A stretch of DNA of 64,000 bases from Octopus vulgaris (lineage: Eukaryota): contig OX597827.1 in the NCBI GenBank assembly GCA_951406725.2, positions 32,426,001 through 32,490,000 on the forward strand. Direction: 5' to 3'. This document shows positions 41,360-52,900 of this stretch, in pieces. Each line of letters opens with the position of its first letter. Positions within the stretch are counted from its first letter, which is position 1. The notes below the pieces were generated by a model, which was given only the letters and a program-made list of their open reading frames with translations, was not told the DNA's origin and searched no databases. The position numbers were made by a program, and so were the translations under genes.

Positions 41360-44300
41360 TTTTATAATTATCCACCCCGACTGCACCATCTGTTCGTGGC
41401 CATTGCCAGCCTCGCCTGGCACGTAAAAAGGACCCACTACACTCACGGAGTGGTTGGCGTCAGGAAGGGCATCCAGCTGTAGAAACACTGCCAGATCAGA
41501 CTGGGCCTGATGCAGCCTTCTGGCTTCACAGACCCCAGTTGAACCATCCAACCCATGCTAGCATGGAAAGCGGACGCTAAATGATGATGATGATGATGAA
41601 ACATAATTATAATTTGGGTTCAGCTAATTTATTCACCATATACTGAATTTAGAAATAGGAGTTAAAATTCCTTTTCTACTACTGTAAGAATCTCCATGAC
41701 GGTAACATACTTTTTTACGAAGCCAAAGAAAAAAAACAATGAATCAACACAACCAGGATTAACTATATACGCGTTTTGAGATTAAAGTGGTGTAAATTTT
41801 ACTTACTTCTCTCTTCAGTATAGTAATTCCAATTATAAAATATGCTAGAGTTAAATATGCACATGATCGAGCGACATCATGTAATAGATATCCAACCAAC
41901 ACTTCCAAAATTTACAGTGGTGAAGCAATTAGCTGAACCCTAATTATAATAATGTTTATAATTACAAAATAATTGTATAATTTTACCTATAAAGGTTATT
42001 TTAACGTACCGATCTACTTGGTGAAATTATTAATTAATTAATAAATTTTACCCTTTTATTATTAATTTTAAATTATATATATATATATCATCATTATCAT
42101 CATCATTTAATGGCCATTTCACATGCTGGCATGGGTTGGATGGATTGATAGTATCCAATAAGCTGCAGGGCTGTGCCCCACACCAGGAAAGACACTGAAG
42201 CTAAGCAGAGTCCATTAGTTCATTGAATCCTGTCAGATAATCCGACTGATATCTGCATGGAAAGCAAACATTAAACAATGAGGGTGATGATGTGCATGTG
42301 TTGTACATGACCAGTTCCATTATTTACTTATTTATATATTTTTCAGCTCTATGGTGGAGAAGTAGCTGCAAACCTCCTCACATGCTTTGGCCGACTTTTC
42401 ACTTCCTCCTTACAAAGAGATGGATTTTCATTGGGAATTAAAGATATTCTCATGACAAAACAGGTCAGTTTCCCACCACAGTTGCTTTTTTCTCGGTCCA
42501 TTTTGTGTCTGCATTATTACATGTCCAGCTGCTTTTATAACCTCGTTACTGTCCGAAGAAAATTAGATAGGTTTACTTGCCACATTTTCTTTGTATAATT
42601 AAAACAGCAAATAAGGATAGGTTGGGTATAGGGCTGGCAGAGTTTCGGTGACATACATAGATATACTTATATTAGCATTATCATATTAAGGATTGCCACA
42701 GGTGTACACATGTTGCTCCTTTACATTGCTATTTTCCAGAAGCCCCCCCCCCCCCCTCCTCATTTAAATAATATCTTTTTCTTCTGAAACTTCCTTCACA
42801 GAACTGCATTCTTTTGATGCTTCCTCTATGATCACTAGAGTGGAGCAAAAAATGCAACTTTCAAAATTGGTAACCACGAATCGATATTTTGTTGCGAACT
42901 ACGGTTTAAAGAAAGTTGTGTAAAGAACTTTGTGGTTAAATGTATTTTCAGGCTCAGCAATGCAATTGAAAATTTTTAAAATTGCTATTTTTGGTCGAAT
43001 TTTGGATTTCATGGATTATAAGTCATGCTGAATACATATTTCTACACAGCAGAATGCAGAACAGTCAATATAGTATCCTTAAGAGCTTGCATACCAAGTT
43101 TCAATACAATTGACTAATATCTTGAGGTTCCGCATTGACTATTAAGAGAACAGGAGTGTGAATGTGTCTCCAGTGCCGCTGCAACAGTCGTTGCGTGTGG
43201 ACGTACATTGCACATGTGTGAAGTTCACTACTTTGTACCTTGACTTGAGGCCGTTGTGTTGAAATTAACGATCGTGTTAAATTTAGCATTGTTTACATTT
43301 AGTGATGACTCAAAAGCCAATAACGCATCATGATACTGAATGCCCAATAGTTGGTACTCCGTGTAATCTAAGCGAACGAGTTTTGCCAACTAACAAGGAC
43401 GTACTAAAATGTGTTTTATTTGAACGAGTAAAAGAAAAGAATGTGGTTAAGAAATATCATTCAATTAAGCATATAGTCAAGATTGTAGCAGAAACGATAA
43501 TTCTTTGGCAAAATGCATCCATCCCTTGTGTTATGACTGAGTCGGTTAAACTGAAAATCTTTAACTTTTATCAAAAGTACCAAGGATTACTAAAATCTGT
43601 AAAAAATAGAAAAAAATGTGCCATTTCAAACAAAGTGTAATGTGTAGTAAAGATTGTTTGCCAACATAACATGGCAGTCCTGGTTTAGGACTAATGTTGC
43701 TGTAATTTAGTCCCAGGTAATGTGTTTAAAAACAATGCAACAAAAGATTTATTTGACATTTCCTGTTGCAAGTGCAACTCCTTTAAAAACTGGAATTATT
43801 TTGAACTTGAAATGTTAATTATTTTTATCACCAAAATGTGTCAAGAATCAAAAATTGGTTTACACATAATTTTATTTTAACCCTTTCCTTGCTGTATTTC
43901 TGTTGAGATGCTCTCTGTTTCTTTCAATTGCTTTAACTGTAACAAAGAATTTAGTAAAATAACTTAGTTATCATTCAGCCAGTGTTAGGAACATAAATTG
44001 TGACTAAGGTTTGGTGGAAGATTTTAATTCAAAACAGATGAAATCAAGACATTTGTACTCAGAGCCAGAGGTGGTTTCAGTCAGGTTGGTAATGAAACGG
44101 TTAATGTAACATATATGTCCGGTGACTTAGTTTTAAAAATAATAAAGAAAACAAAGTCAAAGTCTATTTATTTCACATAATTTCAAAATTTCAAGTTCCT
44201 TGCGGAGCCTGAAGATATAAATTTTAGAGCTTCAAATTTTAACACAGTTGTTTTTAAAGGATTCTTCAAAAGAAAATCAATTCATAACAATGAAAGTAAA

Positions 44301-46957
44301 AAATAAAATGAGGAACAGCAAATGTGTTATAAATTGATTTTTTTGCCCATTATTCAAAATTTCATGTGGGCTGCAGAGCCTGGAAAAGTAAATTTAAGAC
44401 CTTCAGATTTTAACACGGTTGTTTTTAAAGGATTTCGCAATAAAATATATATTCTTGACTACATATTTCAAAAATTTGTGTAAAAAAGTATCTTTTTTGC
44501 TCCTCTCTCCTCTATAAAGTACCTTTTTTTGCTCATATCTCCCCTATAAATATTCACCTACCATATATCCTTGAAGAACATTGAACCTTACAAAGCCCCT
44601 CTTCCTCCACTGCCACCCCAATCCATTCAATCTCTGACACTTGATATAAAAGAGAAGAAAAACAAGCCACTACACTACATTTGCTTATTCAGTTACTGTC
44701 TGGTGTTTGTTTCCTGAATAACTTCCTATAGAAAGTGACTGTAACTTAGATATAACTTTCACTTCAATTGAAAAACCCTTCAGTAAAAAATATATTGAAT
44801 GACCTGATAGTTAGTAAATGTCATCATCATCATAATTCTGGTGCTGGTGTCATAAAAAGCATCTTGTACACTCTGTAAAGCAGTTGGTGTTAGAAAGGGC
44901 ATCCAGCCATAGAAACTGTGCCAAAACAGACAATTTGAACCTGCTGCAGCCCTTGGTCTTACCGGCTTTGGTCAAACCATCCAATCCATGCCAGCATGGG
45001 AAATAGAGATTAAATGATGATGATAATGTGTGTGTATGTATTTATATGTGTCATCTCACGAACATTGCTTATTGACTTTTTTAGGCTGATCAGGAACGCA
45101 AGAAATTTATTGATTACATCAAAAGCTACGATATTGATAGATCAAGAGAAGAACTGCAAGTAGTGGTTGGTGAAAGCACCAAGTCTGTTTCTGAAATTGT
45201 CTTTGGAAACAATCCGATGCTTATTGCAGAATTGGACAAGAAGGTGAAGAAAATAACCAACGAGGTGCAGAACAACTTATTGCGGTAAATCTTTCCTTTC
45301 ATTGCAGAATGTTAGGATAAAATTTGTATAAAGCTGTAAGAAATTGTACTTAACTGTTATCTCTAATTCTTAACTCTTTCTAAATTCCTTCTCACTTCAG
45401 AGCCATTATGCCATCTGGTCTGCTTGTCAAATTCCCTGACAATAATCTTCAGTTGATGGTCAACGCCGGTGCAAAAGGATCTTCGGTGAGTGTCAAATAA
45501 TGATTGTCACAAAATTGTTAAACCTATATTTCTCTTTTTGACTCTGAAGCTGTTCCCAACATTTAGCATTCATTTTATTCTATCAACTGTATTGTTTATT
45601 TCACATTGTTTTGAATTGATCATCCATTATTTCATAGCTTTGAGATTTTGTTGATGCAACTGTTTATCCTTAGAATAACATTGTAGCGTAGGGATGAGAG
45701 GCTGGATCTGACCTATTTGCATATGAAACTGATAGGATATTTGGACCAGATATAGCCAGTTTAAATGTTAAAGGGTTACATCGATTTTTTTTCCTTCTAA
45801 TACTTCTTTCACAGAACTGCAGCCTTGTGTGTGTCTTGTAAGTTCATTTAATGATTCACTGCATTCCCATCTATCACCATCTGCCACTTTCCTTTCACAT
45901 TCTCATGGACCTAACCATCCAATGAAGTTTGAACCACCTGAAGAGATATGCTTTATACTTGGATTGCAAGAGAATGGTGTCCAGTGGAGTACAATATAGT
46001 CAGAATCTTCTATTTTCTGTATCCCAAAACACCAAGAATCTTTGACTTCCTTTCACCGTTCTGTTAAAACACTGTGAACCATCAAATCTACTTCATCTTT
46101 GAGTCAAGTATCATGATGATCTTGCTGAAGATTTCAAGCATCAAGCTCCTCATCATATTTTCCATAGCATGAAAATAGGGTGCACAGATGAAATTCATAA
46201 TGCAGCCTTCATTGACAGACCGATAGATATAAATGGCCAAGGACATCAAAAGTATCCCCACCCCACTCCTAACCATATTGAGGTCAATAATTTAGCAACA
46301 GAAATTATGGAAGATACATCATATGTTGTCAAAATGTTGACTGCATATGCTAATGGCAAATTCATTGTGGGAGGCATGGGTTTTTCTATGGTGATAACAA
46401 TGGAAACATCATTATAGTAAATTGTAGCGTAAAGCAATACATTCTGCTCCTGATCTTAATATTTGAAGTTATACTCAAAGAAATTTGACCTCCTGCTTAA
46501 ATTGGGAAAAACAGCTGATAAATCAATTTGTAGCTCATGTACATAATTAGAGAAACAGAGAAATAAAAAGCCGAAACTCCAGGTAACAAAGCTTTTCAAT
46601 AATGAATAGGAAGAAGTAGGGCATAATGGATTTAAACAAGATTCAGCATTGTGGTGGCAGCTGAGAATATCTGATGATAACCACATTCAAAAGAGAGAGT
46701 AGAAGGAGATGGTGGACTTATACACACACATACACACAGCCTCTTTCCTTTGGTTATTTCATCATGGTGAACCTTTAATCTCTGTACATTTTTTTCTCCA
46801 TTTTTTTTTCTCTCCGTTTTTTCCATTTAACCGTTTCTGTTGAAGAGCTTAAGCTTGAAACGTAAAAGAATTCTCCATTCTTCCCAAGCATTAAACTAAT
46901 ACACCAGTTTGTTATTCCTACACCTGTTCCCGTCTTTCATTTTCTGTAAATTTGAAT

Positions 46958-46990
<33 letters not shown>

Positions 46991-49900
46991 ACTGGGCTTA
47001 CAAAAGAATAAGTCCCGGGGTTGAATTGCTCGATTAAAGGTGGTGCTCCAGCATGGCTGCAGTCAAATGACTGAAACAAGTAAAAGAGAGAGAGAGTAAA
47101 GAGTATATATATAGGGAAAATTCACAAAAAAAGACAAAGACTGATGGTTTAGAGAGCAAACAGATGTATTAGTTTAACGTTTGGGTAGTGAAAAAGCCTA
47201 TAATGTTTTGAGCCTACGTTTTTCCACAGAAAGAAACAGGAAGAGAAAATAAAGATATATATATATATATATACTTATATATATGTTTGTGTGTCTGTGT
47301 TTGTCCTTGCAACATTGCCTGACAAGTGATGCTGGTGTGTATATGTCCCCGTAACTTGGCAGTTCAGCAAAAAGACCGATAGAATAAGTACTAGGCTTAC
47401 AAAGAATAAGTCCTGGGGTTGGTTTGCTCGACTAAAGGCGGTGTTCCAGCATGGCCACTGTCAAATAACTGAAACAAATAAAAGAACAAAAGAAATATAT
47501 ATATATATATATATATATACATGCACACAGTTTGTATATATATTTAGTTTGTATTCCTGGTTGTGCTTATTTCAATTTGCTTATGCCGTTAACTCCTATG
47601 GTACCTACTATTCCATTTGCTTTCCTCTCTTATTTTAATATAATTTCATCTTTTCAGGTGAACGCTATGCAAATGTCCTGTCTTCTGGGCCAGATTGAAT
47701 TGGAAGGACGAAGACCACCAATGATGCCAAGTGGCCGTTTCTTGCCATCATTTCTACAGTATGACATTTCTCCCAAGGCTGGTGGCTTCATTACTGGCCG
47801 TTTCACAACAGGAATTTCACCTCAGGAATACTTTGTCCATTGTATGGCCGGCAGAGAGGTGAGTGTAAAAGAGCCAGTGTAATCACTAATGTAATCATCA
47901 TCATCAAACGTCTGTTTTCCATGCTGCCATGGGTTGGACAGGCTGACGGATGCTGGCAAGCTGGAGAGCTGCACCAGACTCCAGTCTGATTTGGCATGGC
48001 TTCTCCATCTAGATGCCCTTCCTAATGCCAACCACCTTATAAGAGTGTCCTTGGTGCTTTTTACATCATAAATTAGCAAAAAGGAAAATGCTTAACCCTT
48101 TCGTTACCAACCCAGCTGAAACCACCTCTGGCTCTGGGTACAAATGTCTTGTTTTCAAAAGTCCTGAATTAAAATCTTCCACCAAACCTTAGTCGTAATT
48201 TATGTTCCTAACACTAGTTTAATGATAACCAAGTTATTTTACTAAATTCTTTGTTATTGAAGTAATTGAAAGAAACACAGAGCATCTCAAAATAAATACA
48301 GTAACGAAAGGGTTAAATAAATTTGACTTTTCTTTGTAAATTGTAATTTCTCTTCGTGTGTGTGTGTTACTTCTGTCAAGCCATGTGTTCCTTCCATTTT
48401 CTCTTCCTTAGGGTCTCATTGACACCACTGTAAAAACCAGTCATTCGGGATACCTTCAACGTTGCTTAGTTAAGCATTTAGAGAGCCTCATCGTTAATTA
48501 TGACCTCACAGTCAGAGACAGTGACGGCAGTGTTATTCAGGTAAGACTCATTCTATTCTCTGTCTGTTTCACTCTTGTAGAATTTCTTCTGGGGTAGAGA
48601 TGGGTGGGAAAAATGTTCAGAAATTAATTTTTATATCTAGTACCCATCTTTCTAGTATTAGATGTTTGTTAGGTAAGAGCTTGAGCATTGCAGAATGGTT
48701 TACTCCCTAATCTTGAGGTTCTGGGTTATATCACATCACATGGCCCTTTCAGCAAGCATTTTCAACTATTGCTACTTTGAGTCAACCCAGGCCTTGGGAG
48801 AGAAATTAGGTGGGCAGGAGGCTTTTGGAAATATTTTGCTGCAGATATTGAATCTCTTAACCCATATTTGCCCATAAAAAAATGAAGTCTTAAAATTCCA
48901 CTGTATTTAAATTAAACTTCGAAGTTTCAGCCACCTAAACCATTATTGGAGGATAATGGCTTAGCTGTCTGAAATTTCAAAGTCACTGTGTGTTTTCCCA
49001 GTTTGCAGGAAAATGGCTAAAAATTTGCCCTGTTTATAATTATACCATATGTTACATATTTATTATATCATACTTTGATACTGTTTGGACTAAGATCCCC
49101 ATTGACAAGCTGCTGGTGTTTATAGAGTGTTAAATACTTGGTATGCAAATTAGGGACACTTTCATAGAGTAACTGCTGCATTTGCTGGGTATATAAACAG
49201 TTTGGCTGCTTGTCTCTTTGGAGATTGTGATGTGTACGCCAATAATGAGAACCCAATATGGTTCGAAAATCGATGAAGGTTGTTCATCATTTTTTAAGTC
49301 TGCAGAGAAATGGCTAAAATTTGCCCTGTTTACAATTATATCATAGGTTACGTATTCTTTTACTTGTTTCAGTCATTTGACTGTGACCATGCTGGAGCAC
49401 CGCCTTTAGTCGAGCAAATTGACCCCAGAGCCTATTCTTTGTAAGCCTAGTACTTATTCTATCGATCTCTTTTGCCAAACCCTCTAAAGATACGGGGACA
49501 TAAACACACCAGCATCGGTTGTCAAGCGATGTTGGGGGGGGGACAAACACAGACACACAAACATATACACACACATATATATATATACATATACGATGGG
49601 CTTCTTCCAGTTTCTTTCTACCAAATCCACTCACAAGGCTTTGGTCGGCCCGAGGCTATAGTAGAAGACACTTGCCCAAGGTGACATGCAGTGGGACTAA
49701 ACCCATGACCATGTGGTTGGTAAGCAAGCTCCTTACCACACAGCTACTCCCCTGATGCCCTTCGTTATGCCAACCACTCCATATATATATATATATAGAT
49801 GTGCACACGCATGCACACACACACACATTGAGAGAAAGGGCTGCTGTTTTACACAAGCACACTAACTGTATATACATCAGCTTGTTTTGCACAAACATTA

Positions 49901-52900
49901 ATGACACATAAAAACTGACTGACACAACCACATTATACATAGACTAATTGCTTTACCCAAACGCACTCTCAGTCTAGACCTGATGTATTTGCAAATATGG
50001 CAAGAAGTGTTCATTATTGATTCTGAGGCCAACAATGCAAGAAATTCTAATGTTATCAACCCTGCCTGACATATTTGTTTAGACCTGGTATCTGATTTGA
50101 TCTCACTTTCTTCAGTTTTATTATGGTGAAGACAGCCTGGATGTAACCAAGACTCAGTTTATTAATGAGAATCACTTCCCAATGTTGATCAAGAACCGTG
50201 CTTCCATCTTAAACCAAAAGATGCCTCTTAAAGAAGCTGACAGCAACTTCAACTGTCGTCAGATACAAAACAAAGTAAGATTTATTTTTTGTGTTTGGAT
50301 TTGTTTTATTATGTTTGATTTTTTTTTTATTCTGAATGTGCTTGCAGCATTTATCAGGTCCAGTCATCATCATACGTCTGTTTTTCATGCTGGCATGGGT
50401 TGGACAGTTTGACTGAGGTCTGGAGAGCCAGCGGCTGCACCAGGTTCCAGTTTGATCTGGCAATGTTTCTACAGCTGGATGCCCTTCGTAATGCCAACTA
50501 CTCCAAGAGTGTAGTGGGTGCTTTTTTACATGCCACTGGCACAGGAACCAGTCAGGTTGGCCTGGCATCAATCATGTTCAGAGAGTGCTTTTTATGTGCC
50601 ACCAGCACGGGGGCCAGTCAGTGGGTACTGTCATCAGCCACGTTCAGTTGGTGCTTTTTATGTACCAGCATAATAATGCTGTAAAAAAAACCAATATGTT
50701 CTGTAAAGTAGTTGGCTTTAAGAAGGGGTTCTGGCTGTAGAAACTCTCCCAAAGCAGGCATCAGAGTGTGACAGTCCTTTGGTTTATTGGAAACAGTGAC
50801 ACTGTCTAATTCATGCCTGCATGGAAAATGGATGTTAAACGATAATGATGATATGAGTGCAGGCATGGTTTTGTAGCCACGAAGGTTGCTTCCAAACCAC
50901 TTGGCTTCGCGTTCTGTCCCTCTTCATGGCACTTTGAGCTAGTGTCTTCTACTACAGCTCCAACCTGACCAAAGCCTTGTGAGTGGATTTGGTACTCAGA
51001 AACTGAAAGAAGCCTCTTTGTGTGTGTGTGTGTATTGACATGCATGGAAGTTTGTAATGTTTATTTCTCTACACCTTTTTCCTGACACTTTTAGGGCAAC
51101 AGAAATGTTGTGTACATGTGCAAACACTTTATCTTACAGTTTGGCAATTTCAACATTTAATTGCTTGTGGAATGAAAAAGAATTCACATTGTTTGGAAAA
51201 TGTGTTGGCAACAGGAAGGGTACCCCATCTTAGAATACTACCTCATCAAGTCTTGTTCAACCCATGACAGCAAGGAAAAGAACAAACAAGCGTAAAAGCA
51301 ATGATAATAGCATGCTTTAAATATCCTCCCGCCATTTCTCATCTGTCATTGTTGTTATGTTAAAAATATTTATTGTTGTTCTTCTTTTTCTTCAGATTTA
51401 TAAATCCAGGCAAGAGTCTGGCTCCGTCCCAAAGTATTCGGCTGACAGAAGTGCATTCTTGAGATTCTGCAAGAAAAAACAGGAAGACCTTGAAGTGCCA
51501 GACAACATTTCTTGTATGACTGGACGTTCTTTGAAAAGCACCTACCTGTGCAGTCTGTGGCACAACATGAGTGAGAAACGGCGCCAAAAGTAAGTAGATG
51601 CTATCACTGGCCCCATGCACTCACTAAGTACAAAATAGCAACATCAGCACCAAGCAGTGATGAAGAATAAATGAACTTTGGGTTAGTCAAATTGTGTTTG
51701 TGAGATATTTTAACTTCTGAAGGCAGATTTACTGCAGTGGAGAAAAAATTCTCCTTTATGGTAAAAGGTACACTATTTGCCCAGTGCTTCCCTCTAGCAG
51801 ATTCACAGACAAGCATTTCTGGTTCTTTAGCCTTTCCTCACTGGGAAATACCAAAGTGATAACACTGGGCAAATTCAAAGCCATACCTTTTAACTAAAAC
51901 ACAGCCCACATTGGTGACTCAGTTGCGCTATTGGACCTCCAGATAAAAATAGCAGCACCAGTGCCAAGCAGCAAGGAAGGGTTTTTACACCTTTTATCAT
52001 AAAAGAGAATTTTCTTTCTCCATAGTAATTGAAGTAAATTTGCCTTCAGAATTTTAAATCGTGGCACTCCGTCGGTTATGATGATGAGGGTTCCAGTTGA
52101 TCCAATCAACGCAACAGCCTGCTCGTGAAATTAACGTGCAAGTGGCTGAGCAATCCACAAACAAGTGTACCTTTAACTTAGTTCTCTGGAGAGATTCAGC
52201 ATGACACAGAGTGTGACAAGGCTGACCCCTTTGAAATACAGGTACAACAGAAACAAGAAGAAAGAGTGAGGTAAATTTGTGAAAGAGTACAGCAGGGTTC
52301 GCCACCACCACCCTGCCGGAGCCTCGTGGAGCTTTAGGTGTTTTCACTCGGTAAACACTCACAACACCCGGTCTGGGAATCGAAACCTCAATCTACAACC
52401 ACGAGTCTGCTGCCCTAACCACTGGGCCATTGCACCTTCACAGAAGTTGAAATATGTCACAGACATATCTTAACTAACCTAAAGCTCATAAATACAAAAT
52501 AGTGCACTGCCCTCCTCCTCCTCTGTAATCAATCCAAATACAACACTTCAGAAACCACAGCATGATGTTTACTTTATTATTATTGTTGGTGGTGGTGGTG
52601 GTGGTAGTGGTACTGCTTAACTGCAGTTCATTTCTGATTAAAGGGCTTCCAACAATGACCTATACTCTCATGCTTTATTTGTTTGGCAATATATATTAAC
52701 CTATTCATGCCAATCGTCTGTTTAATAATAATTTTATATATGCACTAAATCTTATTCTCTTATGTTATATCCTATGTATTATTATATAGTCTAGTAGCTT
52801 ATGTGATGTTACTGTTGTGCAGTGTACTTAATTTATGACTATCTCATATTATTTCATTCTTCTTTGTCAGGTATCAGAAGAAGGTTATATCTTGTCCAGA

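Noticed and set aside
45960-46560. Coding-looking unique stretch with short ORFs on both strands
   Set aside because: Stops in the frame I translated, no motif I can assign and no place in the POLR1A exon chain; probably an old TE fragment (tblastx needed)
51657-51720. C/D box snoRNA candidate (GTGATGA...CTGA)
   Set aside because: No terminal stem and no recognisable rRNA antisense element
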